Part shown: one piece after another, positions 11,963 to 24,851 of the stretch
How the letters are laid out: the number at the start of each line of letters is the position of its first letter
How positions within the stretch are numbered: the first letter of the stretch is position 1
DNA from: Mustelus asterias
Lineage: Eukaryota
Assembly (NCBI RefSeq): GCF_964213995.1
Contig: NC_135829.1
Span: forward strand, 16,616,001 to 16,680,000
Length of the DNA: 64,000 nucleotides
Direction: 5' to 3'
Made by a program: the position numbers and the translations under genes
The notes under the pieces: generated by a model
What the model saw: the letters and a program-made list of their open reading frames with translations, nothing else
Told to the model about the DNA's origin: nothing
The model's database searches: none

Positions 11963-12134
11963 CTGTCTCTGGGCAAAGCTGTCCAAGCCAGGCTGTGGGA
12001 AGTTCCAGCAGAAATCTGCTGACATGCCACTCCATCCAAAGCGATCACTTTCTTGGGCTTGGTGATTGGACCCGTTGAGTTTCCCTGACCACATTGTCCC
12101 ATAGAATTATTGCCCCAAGCATACACCTCATTAT
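11963..12134 (-). CDS. HERC1: HERC1 exon 10 (172 nt)
   Basis: (D)NEVYAWGNNSMGQCGQGNSTGPITKPKKVIALDGVACQQISAGTSHSLAWTALPRD(R); tgtag| and |gtgaga. Confidence 0.96.
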
Positions 12135-12326
12135 CTACAATTAAAAGAGGAAAGCACAGTATTGGGATAAATAGGTTATATCTAAATCAACACCTTTAAA
12201 CGGCAATGCTCAACAAGTTAGATGTTTCAACACAACAATGCAAGAAAGAACGTTACATTTATATAACACTAATCTCAGGACACCACTCTCTCGCAGGGCA
12301 GTAAATGACAGGTTAAAAGGATTTCC

Positions 12327-12740
12327 ATCTATATAGTATTTCTTACGGTCATCAGGCATCTCAAAAGCACCATTTGTCCAATGAAATACTTTTGAAGTGT
12401 AGTTACTATTGTATTATAGCAGGCAATAGCCACACAGCAAACTCCCACAAACAGCAATGCGATAAAAACAAATTTTTTTTTTTGTGTGTGGCATTGATTG
12501 AGGGATAAATACTGGTCAGGACACCAGTGATGACTTTGGAAAAAGCCATCGGATCTTTCACATTCACCCAAGAAGGCAGATGTGATCGTGGTTTGGTCTC
12601 ATCCAGAAGACGGCACCTCTGACAATGCCACACACCTCCAGTACCACCCGTGTCAGCTTTGAGTTTTGTGCTGAAGCCTGGAGTGGAACTTGAACCACGT
12701 GACTCAAGTGGCAACAGTGCTATCAACTGAACCACGACTG
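12327..12740 (-). mobile_element. DeuSINE (SacSINE1-like) with L2-type tail
   Basis: tRNA head, gaggtgccgtctt..gatgag, ggtgtcctgaccagtatttatccctcaa, attgctgtttgtgggagtttgctgtg, actacacttcaaaagtatttcattgg. Confidence 0.75.
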
Positions 12741-12964
12741 ACCTATCGGATACAGAAATGTAGATACCAAGTTTTCACAAGATGTAGAACTGTTTTGGAT
12801 AATTGATTTAGGGGCAAATCCTTGCCAGGGAACCAGGGCAACAACTTCCTTGTTTCTCCCAAGTGGTTGCGAGTTTGGGAGGTGTTTTCAAAGGGGCTGT
12901 GGCAGGTTGCTGTAGAACATCTTCTAAAGATATGATTCTATGAGTTGTATGGTTGTACAAAACT

Positions 12965-13520
12965 AGAATATTGCTGATAAAAGAGACACGTTGTCAGAGC
13001 TTTTGATCTTGCACTCATCAGGACAAATACATGAAGGCAAATTTTCAAATGGTTACATCAACCAGACTAATGTTCTCACAAGAAGGATCTGTGCAGATGC
13101 CACAGACATTAATTGACATCAACAAATGGGGAAAAGAAAGATGGAAAAAAGGATGCGGATTGGTTGGCAAGTTGAATCCGATTGGCCAAGGTGTTGCCAT
13201 GGAACGCAGCAGGAAACTACAGGCTTCCCAAGTTTCCAGGTAACTCAAGAAAGACAAGGCTTGAACACGTCCTTGTGTTTGCAGAGAGTGGGTCCCTGCG
13301 TATGAAAACAAGTTGTTTGTAGCGAGCGCAAGTAAACCACATTATCAACTTGACGGATTATCTCAAATTGGTTGTTGGTGCAACTATGAACACACTCAGG
13401 GTTGTTCAGCAGGTGCTGCCCAATCTCACTAACACACTGAAATGACAGAAATGTCAAGTTCTTGAATTTATGACATTCTGACTTGAGATAAGAGTGCTTA
13501 CCAGTGGCCGTGGCTGACAC
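12965..13520 (-). mobile_element. Decayed Penelope-like 3' end (third family; GIY-YIG C-terminal region)
   Basis: IGQHLLNNPEC..NNQFEII..QGPTLCKHK; downstream degenerate hammerhead-like tgtc-CTGATGA...AAAAGCTC-tgaca near 12992-13025. Confidence 0.6.
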
Positions 13521-14351
13521 AAATTAAAATATTTGTGACTTTAGCTTTTTCAACTAAAACAGTGTCAGAATTTCTTTCTTTTCCACAATGCTAAGAGGAG
13601 AATCCATGTGGGCATGACCAGTTCTTTTGGTTAGACGGGGTGAAAATTGAGTCAGAAAAAGCAATTTGGACTCATACCTACTTGATAAAGTGAAAGTACT
13701 TCAGCAGCAACCACAGACTAGAAATACACACCCTCATCAAGCAGTGCATAGCTAAGGACACACATTTAACTACAACCCACAGCACAAGATCATCAATTTT
13801 CTGGTGAATTATCACAACTACGGGGAAACTGTCAACTATGACTGACCAATCAGTTCTAATCACATACATCCAGTAAGCTAGAATCACACAAGGCTAGCCT
13901 CTCCCTTTAGAAAGTCCTGGGAAGCGACACCCTTTCTGTTCAGAAACGGCTAGATGGGCCAAATGGTCTCCTTCTGCACTGCAGGGATTCTATGATAGTG
14001 CCATGGACATCATCGCCTTGTCACCTTATGAACTCTTCACTGATTCTGTATCAGCTTGTGACCGGTAGGTGGACAAATCTCAATTGTTTAAAAGTACAAA
14101 GTAAAATAGTTACTGGTTTCCAACATCCCATGGGTACCACCAAGGAGTGCTGATGCTAAATGACCAAAGTTACTGGAATGAGACACAACGGATAAATGAT
14201 TTTGATCTTCACTAGAATCGGCTTCTTAAAACATCCAACTAGAGATAAAGTTTTCAGCAACAAGAATGGTGTCATCGGCGTATCATATCAAAGTTGTGTT
14301 CTGGCACAGCAGATGGCAAGTGTCAGGCTGCCCAACTCCCAAAGGGAAACT

Positions 14352-14606
14352 CGTGGCACAGTGGTTAACACTGCGCCAGCGACCCGGGTTCAATTCCCAG
14401 CTTGGGACACTGTCTGTGCGGAGTCTGCACGTTCTCCCCGTGTCTGCATGGGTTTCCTCCCACAGTCTGAAAGACGTGCTGGTTAGGTGCATTGGCCATG
14501 CTCAGTGTACCTGAACAGGCGCTGGAGTGTGGCAACTGGGGGAATTTTCACAGTAACTTCATTGCAGTGTTAATGTAAGCCAATTTGTGACACTAATAAA
14601 TAAATT
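14352..14606 (+). mobile_element. HE1-like SINE type B
   Basis: Consensus match. Confidence 0.88.
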
Positions 14607-16404
14607 TTGAACAAGTTGCCACAGGCTCTGCAATTTGTATATTATGAGAAAGTCAAAAGTAGTAAATTTCAGACCAGTTCGGACTATTTTAAATAATGAA
14701 GAAGCACTTGAAAGACACAAGAACACCATCGCACAATTAACAGTACATCTACGAACATTTCCTAAAATATTTTTGCTTAAATAAACTAGAGCTAACCCCC
14801 TTTGATGACAACAGCCCTCAGTTTGCTAATCGCAAAAATGGTTTCAGTAATATTGCCACACAATGCATTGCTGCTCTGGGTCAAGTCTTGCACAGGCTTT
14901 CCTCCTCTCTCACTCAATGCCGAGACCACAGCTTGTTTCAACAGCCTTGCAGACAAGCACACATTTCTCAGAGGGTGGCAGCTGGTGTTTGCGGATCTGT
15001 CTCAAGCACACACCGTCTTTGTCACGATCTCATGGCCGCACTGCAAGTCTTCAGTTCCTCTTGAAATATTTTTCACTTTGATCTTTCCACTCTTGTTTCT
15101 ACAGCCCTTTCAAAGTTCCCTTCCCCAGAATTAATCACCTTATCAAAGTTACTTTATGGCTGCTATGTTTATAAAAGCAAATTTACTTTGTCTCACTCAT
15201 TTACGATCACCCAATTGTACAAGTCCCTTTTCAAATACACGAGTTAATTTTAAATCACTTATCTGCCGAATGCAAGTTCTTATTCAAGCTGCCCCCGGGA
15301 CTCTGTTCATTGCCACTTCAATCACCAGACTTCACATTTACCTCTGTTGATGTTTTGACACTGACTTTAGTTTCGTTAACCCAGTCACACCCATACACAC
15401 ACAAGCCAGTTTCACAGTACATGACCATGATATTGAAAACAGAGAGTTCTCAGTCGCAACTTTCAAATAATAATCGAGGAAGATGTTTCAATTCCTTTAA
15501 GGATATTTTCATTGTACATTGAATACATCTGGGACGAAAACCCTTTCTGACCCCTTTTAATATTCACCAAAAGGCTTAGATCATTCTCAACTTTTAAGCT
15601 GCAGATTGTTGCCAAAGACTTCTCATCACCTCAAGATCCTTGCCATCAAGTTCAAGAGACTTTAACATCCTCATCAACTCTTTGCCTTGTCAGATGCCTT
15701 ACCATGATCAATAAAACACACAAATACATCTTTTTTTCACCTAGGGCTCTTTCTGGTACCATACATGCTGAAAGGATATCATTCCTTGTTCCTCTATCTT
15801 CTACAAAACATTGAAGAGCTGAAACTTCAGACTTTACCTTACTCCTGACCCTATTCATCAGCACTTGAAGAGCTTAGTAATGTGACTAATCAGACCGACG
15901 ATGCGATGGAATTCATATTCAATTGCTCCATGTTTTTTAAGGGAGCACAAAAAATAAATAGGATTTAATTAAGGCTTCTGGGATTTGTCCTGTGTCATGG
16001 ACTTCATTAAGGATGAGAGTCAGTTTGTCTATGGCACAGATTCTTATAGTTGACTGGGTCATTAAGTATGTCCAAAGCTGAGGTAGTTATTTTTTAATCA
16101 GTAAGGGGATTGAGTGTTATGGGGATAAGGTGTGAAAGTGGAGTTGAGGATCATCATATCAGATCAGTCATGACCTCATCAAATGATGGAGCAGACTCAA
16201 TCAGCCACATGGCCTATTTCTGCTCCTACGTCTACAAGATCGGTTATCAAGTGGCTCCAACTGGAAAGCCTCATGCTGTTTTTATACAATGCAAGCACCA
16301 AGCTCGCTCCCGTTACATGGGTCTTGAAAGCTGCCTTAAGCACGCATAGAAATGCAGTAACTTCAGCAATTATATTGCTTTGGAAATTCAAATTCGCTGC
16401 TTAC

Positions 16405-16549
16405 CATGTGAAAGAGCCAAACAGTGGCTGTCACCTATTGAAAGGTCAACTATTCTTGTAGTAGCCAGCTCTTCGATAAGTTTGGGCCTCAGAGCTGTAG
16501 CTTCCGAAGAGCCGCAGCCAAGACAGGCACCGCAGCCCCAAGCGTACAC
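16405..16549 (-). CDS. HERC1: HERC1 exon 9 (145 nt)
   Basis: VYAWGCGACLGCGSSEATALRPKLIEELATTRIVDLSIGDSHCLALSH; cacag| and |gtaagc. Confidence 0.96.
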
Positions 16550-17176
16550 CTGTGGTTAAAATGCAACAAACGTATGATGATAAAAGTCATTCAGAAAGTA
16601 AATTTGAGATATGAAATCCCCATGTTACCTGTATTTTTAAAAGATTTGTGTCTAATAACTAGAGGATATGCAGTCCTTTCATATTTATGGCAATTCTTGA
16701 GGACCAACAGTCAGTGCTACAAGAACTTATATTAATATAGAGCCTTTAATGTAACAAAATGTTCCAAGGCACTTCACAGGGCCATGATAAAACAAAATAC
16801 CAGATGGAGACAGTGAGCTAGTGGTAATATCACCAGACTAGTAATTAGCGTCTGACTGGCAATTCTCAGTAGGTGAGACTTCCGACCCAGGCTCCTTGGT
16901 CCCGGGGAATGCTTGCTATCACTGGCAGCACTTCATGCAACAGGCCTTCCCAAGATGAGGCAACATTAAATTCGTCTTGCGCACACACTCGATAGTTAGA
17001 GAGGAACATGAGGAAAAACAATAAATTAATGCAATAACATGGGAGTTACATGAAGAGAGGTAATACTCTTACTGAATAATGACCAACATAAAAACTGTAA
17101 AGAAAACATAATAAAATTGCAGAATATTTATTTTAAACCATTCACTTAAGGTAAGACACAACTACTAAATAGACTA

Positions 17177-17359
17177 CCAAAAGAGAAAATGCTGGAAAAT
17201 CTCAGCACATCTGGCAGCATCTGCAAGGAGAGAAAAGAGATGACTCTTTGTCAAAGGGTCTCTTTTCTCTCCTTACAGATGCTGCCAGACCTGCTGAGAT
17301 TTTCCAGCATTTTCTCTTTTGGTTTCAGATTCCAGCATCCGCAGTAATTGGCTTTTGTT
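17177..17359. mobile_element. Fold-back (hairpin) insertion, probably a second Penelope pLTR family
   Basis: Near-perfect inverted repeat 17177-17250 / 17252-17322 plus a 37-nt one-sided tail; perfect 14-bp TSD tactaaatagacta at 17163-17176 / 17360-17373. Confidence 0.8.
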
Positions 17360-17597
17360 TACTAAATAGACTAACCATATCATTCTTGTGCAGCTGGAGT
17401 TACATGTTAATATCCCTATTCCCACGGCGGTTCTTTATTCATCCCTATTATACCCTGTTATTTTATGTGATCATAAAGCTAGGGGGAGGATGGAAGAATT
17501 ACTACTTCCTTGTCAATGTTGTTCACATTTCAAGAATACAGTTTAAAGAAAATATTTGAGATCAAGGTCATTCGAATGACTCCTCCAGCATGTGGGC

Positions 17598-17895
17598 AGC
17601 AAGGCAGCACAGTGGTTAGCACTGCTGCCTCACAGCGCCAGGGACCGAAGTTCGACTCCGGCTTGGGTGACTGTGTGGAGTTTGCACGTTCTTCTCGTGT
17701 CTGCGTGGGTTTCCTCCGGGTGCTCCAGTTTCCTCCTACAGTCAGGTTGATTGGCCACACTAAATTGCCCCATAGTGTCAAGGGATTAGCAGGGTAAATA
17801 CATGGGTTTACAGGGATAGGGCCTGGGTGGGATTGTGGTCAGTGCAGACTCGATGGGCCGAATGGCCTCCTTCTGTACTGTAGGATTCAATGATC
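17598..17895 (+). mobile_element. HE1-like SINE type A
   Basis: Consensus match. Confidence 0.9.
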
Positions 17896-17958
17896 ATTTA
17901 CTTATTCTTTCAGCAAAAGAACATAACTGCCATGAAGAAGTTATTCAGATTAACTGAC

Positions 17959-18086
17959 CTGTCCTGTTGAAGTCAAAGCGAGTGAAGATTGGCTCCCAGC
18001 ACATACTTTACGAATAAACATTCCTTGCAAGGCTTCAATAACTTTGGGTTTGTAAACGCGATTTGTGTCACCATGACCAAGTTTGC
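17959..18086 (-). CDS. HERC1: HERC1 exon 8 (128 nt)
   Basis: (G)KLGHGDTNRVYKPKVIEALQGMFIRKVCAGSQSSLALTSTGQ; actag| and |gtcagt. Confidence 0.96.
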
Positions 18087-18161
18087 CTAGTAGAGTGAAT
18101 GAGACATTTGCTATTATTCAAACAATTTGCAACTTAAACTCATCATATTATGCATCATAGA

Positions 18162-18460
18162 GCAACACGATGGCACAGTGGTTAACACTGCTGCCTCTCA
18201 GCACCAGGGACCCGGGTTTAGATTCTGGCCTTGGGTCACTGTCTGTGCGGAGTCTGCACATTCTTGCCATGTATGTGGGTTTCTTCCAGGGGCTCCAGTT
18301 TCCTCCCAAAGTTCAATGATTTGCTAGTGAGGTGGCCTGGCCAAGTTAAATGGTCTCATAGTGCCCACGGATGTGTAGGTTAGGTGAATTAGTGGGGTAA
18401 ATGCGTGCGGTTACAGGAATAGGGTGTTGGGTGGGCCTGGGTAAAATGAAGAGTCAGTGG
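18162..18460 (+). mobile_element. HE1-like SINE (older type A variant)
   Basis: Head and body match; tail degraded. Confidence 0.8.
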
Positions 18461-18529
18461 AAAGTGGAAGACAAGGTGGCTGCAACACAGGTCAGACATG
18501 GGGATCAGAGTATTATTTCAACAAATTGG

Positions 18530-19525
18530 AGAGGTTATTGTAAATACAGAGGAGGATTGTGAAAAAGTTGCAGGAAGACATTTACAGACTCAAGGAACAG
18601 GCATGGAATTGGAAAATTAATTTCAATATAGATAAGGGAGGGGTAATACACTCTGGTAGAAAGAACAAGGTGGCCACTCGTTGTAAAGGGGTAGAACAAC
18701 ACAGGGATCTGGGGGTACAGGTACAAAAATCAATTAAAAAAGTAGCAATGCTGACTCAAAAAAAGAGTAATGATGTGGAGATGCCCACGTTGGACTGGGG
18801 TAAACGCAGCACGAGTTTTAACAACACCAGGGTAAAGTCCAACAGGTTTATTTGGTAGCAAATATTTGGTGGCAAAAAATGGTATTTGCTACCAAATAAA
18901 CCTGTTGGACTTTAACCTGGTGTTGTTAAAACTCTTACTGTGTCAAAAAAGAGAAAAGCACTGAAGCCCATTTCTAGAGATATAGAATTAAAAATCAGGT
19001 AGGTTATTTTAAACTTGTATAAAACTTTGGTTAGGCTATACTTGGAGCAAAGTTCTGGGCACAATGTTAGAAATAAAAGAATAAAGAATAAAAAAATAAA
19101 AGGAGAAAGTGCAAAGGAAATGACTAGGGTGATGCCAGGATTAAGAGGTTACACAGTCAGGAAAGACTGAGAAGGGGCTCTTTTCTCTTGAAAAGAGAAC
19201 ACGGCAGGATGACTTAACAGAGGTTTTCAAGATTATGAAAGGGCGGATGCGAGAAGATATTTTCACTTGTGGGTAAAGACCAGAATCAGGAGTCACAAGG
19301 CAGACAGGAATAAAGCCAATCAGAAATTTAGGAAAAACATCTTTACCTAGAGGAGAGTGGAACGCACTAGCACATGGGGCAGGAGAGTCAGGAGAAGCTG
19401 GATGAGCACAGCAGGGGGAAAAGAATAGGAGGATATGTTGATGAGATTAGACAAAGGAGGTTTGCATGGAGCATAAATACTTTTTGGGCTGAGTGGCCTG
19501 TTTCTGCGCTGTAAATACTTTGTGA
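18530..19525 (+). mobile_element. Old CR1 fragment, host of the 18768 hairpin
   Basis: KKLQEDIYRL..WKINFNIDK..RDLGVQV motifs. Confidence 0.7.
18768..18942. mobile_element. Short fold-back Penelope pLTR derivative
   Basis: Palindromic arms (aacaacaccag..tccaacaggtttatttggtagcaaat and its complement) plus a one-sided extension; flanked by tcaaaaaa(a)gag direct repeats. Confidence 0.85.
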
Positions 19526-19615
19526 AGTGCATACAAAAGGATTTCAATCTCAGCATCAGTACCGGCAAACCATCAAGAGTGGACTGGGAATTTGGGAGAA
19601 GTCCTCATACATCAC

Positions 19616-19742
19616 GGCCCTGATTTTACCAGCACAGCCACCCGGGCCTCGTAAGATTGCACCCGAGGTCAACGGGGAATGCCGTCCTGTGAGCCTCACC
19701 TGCCCCAATTTTGGGGCGGCCTTGCCGGTAAAAATCAGGGCC
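19616..19742. mobile_element. MITE, PIF/Harbinger-like
   Basis: About 28-bp imperfect TIRs ggccctgattttaccagcacagccaccc / gggcggccttgccggtaaaaatcagggcc; 3-bp TSD CAC on both sides. Confidence 0.78.
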
Positions 19743-20136
19743 CACATCTCTCAACCTTCCAGGCAAATATCACAGTAAATTTCAAAATATATTTTTTAAA
19801 AATACACAGCATAATTATTCCACCAAATTTGTTATTTATATAGCAGAATATTGAACTGTAACAACATCATCATTGAGCTATCAGTTACAATTATACAATG
19901 CATCAACCACTTTATGAAGTGAAGCGATTAGTTGGTAGGCAGAAACATAGAAAATAGGTGCAGGAGTCGGCCATTCGGCCCTTCAAACCTGTACCGTCAT
20001 TCAATACGATCATGGTTGATCGCTCACTTTCAGTCTCCCACTCCCGCTTTTACAGTTACAATTACAATTGATACGCATTTGCAGAATTGCACACCAAGGG
20101 TGTCATGCAACTTTACTGTAGCGAGTGATTACTTAC

Positions 20137-20280
20137 CATTGTCACCCCCTCCAAAAGACCATGCTGTTCTTCCATCCTTAGATAATGCAATTGTATGCGA
20201 ACTTCCACAAGAAACCTCTCCTACATTGCTAATATCCTTTACCAAAGTTGGGATGTTACGGCTATTGCTATCACCATGAC
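20137..20280 (-). CDS. HERC1: HERC1 exon 7 (144 nt)
   Basis: (G)HGDSNSRNIPTLVKDISNVGEVSCGSSHTIALSKDGRTAWSFGGGDN(G); aatag| and |gtaagt. Confidence 0.96.
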
Positions 20281-21155
20281 CTATTGAACACAAAATGGAA
20301 CAATTAATAAGGCTGCGTGTGTTAATTCATTCCATCAGATTCGTTATTCTAAATGAAATGGGAGCAAAATGTACCATTTCCAAATTCTAGTATAAAGCTG
20401 AAGTTAAAACAAGTGCACATTCCAAATGGGACATTGCTGACATGTTCATGTGTTCTACAAGATTTAAAATCATTTGGGATAGTGCTCAGTAAAATGAAAC
20501 TAATTACACGCACAACTCTTAGTTGGTGGGAAACAGCTTCTTTCCCATCTACCTCAGTGACCGAGTTTATTCAATCCCCAAAACATACTGGCAGATATGA
20601 CCCATACATACTCCATTTTGAAAGGACATTTATGCTCCAACTGGAACGGGAGAAATGTAAAATTCTCTAGAACTCAGACTCACTCAACACAAGCCTTCCA
20701 ACCTACCGCCCCAAACACTTACACATAAGCAAAAAGCTGGCAAACACAAGACTGTGAAAATAAGCTAACACAAGCTGCACACTTGGCTACAAGCAAGGAA
20801 CACAGTTTTCTTGGACAGGAACTATATTGTCCCCACCCCAACCCACTTTCCTCAGAACAGAGGGGATAGATTTCAAGTACAAAAGTAGAAGAGAATGCTC
20901 GCAATCACAGGAGACTTTGGCTGCCTCAAAGGGGCATAGGATAGCAGCAAAACAAGGAAGACCAAAGGCTCTACAGGTTTGAGAGCATGCAAATGCTGCA
21001 ACAAGTTACTGAAGCAAATTGCAGTTTCATAAGCCACATCAAGCAAAGTGTCAAAAACAGTGTACTAAATGTTGAGTCAATGTCTTCCCTCAGTGTCACT
21101 CATTCTCACAAGATAACCATAGAAGTTTGCAAGTTACAAAGTCTCATTTTCATCT

Positions 21156-21466
21156 GGGGGCGGCACGGTGGCAGAGTGGTTAGCACTGCTGCCTCACAGC
21201 GCCAGGGACCCAAGTTCAATTCCGGCCTTGGGTGCCTGTCTGTGTGGAGATTGCATGTTCTCCTGTGTTTTTGTGGGCTTCCTCCGGGTGCTCTGGCCCA
21301 CAGTCCAAAGATGTGCAGGTTAGGATGATTGGCCATGCTTAATTGCCCCTTGGTGTCAGGACGACTAGCAGAGCAAATACGTGGGGTTATGGGGATAGGG
21401 CCTGAGTGTTGTCATGCAGGCTCGATGGGCCAAATGGCCTCCTTCTGTAATGTATGATTCTATGAA
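21156..21466 (+). mobile_element. HE1-like SINE type A
   Basis: Consensus match. Confidence 0.9.
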
Positions 21467-22980
21467 TTTCTTGATGAATGTTACCAAGACAGAGAGGAAG
21501 AATAAAACTGGATAACACCACAGAGAGCGCTAGCACAGACCTAATGGGCCAAATGACTCTCTTCTGTACCATCAAAACAACTATGACTCTACCAGAAAAC
21601 GAGATTGGTTCCTTCTTAATTCATCTAGACAAAGATAGTGAAACAGAAAGTTGTTTCTTCTGGGAAAACGGTGTTCACAGATTCTCCATTCGGGGCCACG
21701 CTGTTCATGATAATTAAGTTTTGTGCGAAAGGGTCTCGGAGGAATATACATATATAAATCATTATTCAAATTTACTGATGACACCATGCTATGTGGGCTG
21801 ACAACTAGGAAAAGATTGATTATCCACAGAGAACCTTGGATCAATTATATTGATAGACTGAGTTGTTACAGACAGATTTTACTATGGATTCAGGCAACAG
21901 CAATCTTAAAATGCAAGATGAAAGAGACTCCATAGGCAGGAACTGCAAACTAAAAAAGGTATTTGGAAGGATCATAAATCACAACAGGAAAATTATACCA
22001 ACGCTGTGATTTTAGGGTGGACAGGGCATTTGTAATAGATTCCCAAGGAAGGTCATGGATTCAAATCCACTGACATATTTAAAAGTAAGCTGGATCAATA
22101 TCTCTTGAAGATAATAGTGATATCACTGGAAGTAAGTCAAGGGAGAGCACTGTCTCAATTCTGATGAAAGGTTAACACAGTGTTGTGGTCCCCACAGAGA
22201 CCAGTAACTTAAAAATATGAATTCCTGACCAACTGAAAAGGATCACAGGACAAGATTTCAAGTAATAAACAAGCTAAAAGCAAAATTGACCAACAATTTT
22301 GTAGGCAATTTACACAGAAAGGTTTCCCCATTTAATTGTTAAGGTTGACAATCTCCCTCAGCTATGCTTTGCTGTCCCTCAAGTGGACATTTCATTCTCC
22401 AACAATCCGTCCAAAGCTATTCTCAGCTTTCGAGAGTCTGCTTCCTTTTTCCGTCTCCAGCCACGTAAATGCCAGGACTGACTTTGCCACTAAGCATTCA
22501 CTTGGAAATTCCCCCTCTTTAGCAAATGCTAAGCAAATCTTCCAGCCTTACTCAAAATCTCCATGAACTTGGCCTCTTCAACCTGAGCATCAATTCCCAC
22601 CTGCATGCTCAGCGGTGTACAACAGAGACTGGCCGACTCCATCTCTCTGCACTTTCAGATTCTTGCAGACTGCTCCGAGAGGTTCAGGGATATCTCAAGG
22701 AAAATCCCTGTAACCCGACAACAACAATGGCTTGCTATAAACACCTCATATCTCAAGGCTCATCTCCATGGCAGCGTGAATCACACGAGTCCTATATCAT
22801 GGTATAAATGCTCATTAGCTATTCCATCTTGTATTGTACAAGATTACAAAATCTAACGTTTCTAACACTCCTGAAACTTGCAGATTAACAGTCTACCCTG
22901 AGTCACGCCCTTACAACTGTCCACAGGAGTGAACATTTTACACCCTCTTGCCAGTAAATTAATCTGGGCCTAATATAGAA

Positions 22981-23083
22981 ATGATGTGGAGATGCCGGCG
23001 TTGGACTGGGGTAAACACAGTAAGAGTTTTAACAACACCAGGTTAAAGTCCAACAGGTTTATTTGGTAGCAAATGCCATTAGC
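22981..23083 (-). mobile_element. Penelope pLTR end fragment
   Basis: Same sequence as the terminal arms of the 42288, 44467 and 61692 elements; ends within the hammerhead stem III. Confidence 0.85.
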
Positions 23084-23132
23084 GTAATTTTGATGAGTGT
23101 CGATTAACAGAGACCACCTTGCAGTTCACAAA

Positions 23133-23435
23133 CGGGCAGCATGGTGGCACAGTGGCTAGCACTGCTGCCTCACAGCGCCAGGGACCCGGGTTTGATTCTT
23201 GGCTTGGATCACTGTCTGTCTGTGTGGAGTCTGCACATTCTCCTCGTGTCTGCATGCCTCTAGGTGCTCCGGTTTCCTACCACAGTCTTAAGACGTGCAG
23301 CTTAGGTGGATTGGCCATGCCAAATGCCCCCTCAGTGTACCCGAACAGCTGCCGGAGTGGCAAATTGGGGATTTTCACAGTAACTTCATTGCAGTGTTAA
23401 TGTAAGCCTGCTTGTGACTAATAAATAACTTTAAA
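23133..23435 (+). mobile_element. HE1-like SINE type B
   Basis: Consensus match. Confidence 0.9.
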
Positions 23436-23529
23436 TACACCAATTTTTAAAATGGTATCATGGAAATGTGTAATAGGGTGCTAACAAAGAAAATGCATGC
23501 TTCTTGAGGTTATAATTAAACATACAAAA

Positions 23530-24185
23530 GCAAAGATCATCTAGAATTTTGGTTAGACCTTAGCTGGAGCACTGTGGACGACTCTGGTCACCACACTGCA
23601 GGAAAGGTCTAAAGGGATTAGCAACGGTATGGTGGAGGTTCATCAGTAAATTAGGAGCCAAAAGGGACTTCAAGTGTTTGGAAAAGTTAGTCCTGTTTCT
23701 CCGAGGCCAAAGAAGAACATGAGGTAGGAGCAGGAGAAGATCATATGGCCCATTGAACATGCTCCACCCTTCAATATCACGACTGATCTTGGGTTTCAGC
23801 TCCGCTTTCCCACCCACTCCCCTCGATTCCCTGAAACCAAATGGAAGTTTAAGCCAGTGAGAGGTTTTGATGAACGTGAAGAAAACCTGGGTGAGAGGGT
23901 CAATAACGAAGGGTCACAGATTCAAAATTATTGGCAAAAGATCTAGGAGAGAGAAAGAGAAATGCTTTCATTCACAGTTGTCAGGATCTGGATCACTCTA
24001 CCTGATAACGGTGGTGGAAGCCGATTTTATAAATAATTTCTAAAGGAAATGGAATAGATATTGAGGACGAGGAACTTGTAGGGTTACAGACAAAAAAAAG
24101 CGCAGATATAGGACTGAGTCTGACTGCTCTTCCAAAGTGCTGGCACGGATACAATGGACAAAATGGCTGCAAGTTTCTCTGATTC
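23530..24185 (+). mobile_element. Old CR1 fragment(s)
   Basis: Degenerate LVRP.LEHC..WSPH and 3' UTR motifs; short minus-strand CR1 tail at about 23712-23830. Confidence 0.6.
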
Positions 24186-24611
24186 CATATTAGGGCCTTC
24201 CATTATTACTGCTCAATTACTCTACATTTGCTGAAATCAGCCGATATATTTGCTCAGCCATCTATTTTAAGGTCCATATTGAACACTCAGCAGTCTTTAG
24301 TTTCTGTTCCTCAACTCGAACCAACTGGATTTGGTTTTGGAATCCTTGAGTGCATAGTCTCTCTGCAGAATTGTATTACCCATATTACAGTCCTCCAAAT
24401 CTAACCTATTGTGAATCCTCAGTCCTTTCACCTCACTTGCTTTTAATTGTCAAAGTCCCAAAGCTCTGGATTTCCTTCCCTTCATCTTGCCAGCTCTTCT
24501 CTACTTTCGTCTTTGAAGACATTACAACTCTTCGACCAAACTTTTAGTCACCATTTCCTTTTGTTCATCGTCAATGTCAGCCCGATTATGCTTCCATATA
24601 GTGCCTTAAAG

Positions 24612-24851
24612 ATCATAGAAATCATAGAAACCCTACAGTGCAGAAGGAGGCCATTCGGCCCATCGAGTCTGCACTGACCACAATCCCACCCAGGCCCTAC
24701 CCCCCACATATTTTACCCGCTAATCCCTCTAACCTACGCATCCCAGGACTCTAAGGGGCAATTTTTTTAACCTGGCCAATCAACCTAACCCGCACATCTT
24801 TGGACTGTGGGAGGAAACCGGAGCACCCGGAGGAAACCCACGCAGACACGA
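24612..24851 (-). mobile_element. HE1-like SINE type A, 5'-truncated
   Basis: Consensus match. Confidence 0.9.
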
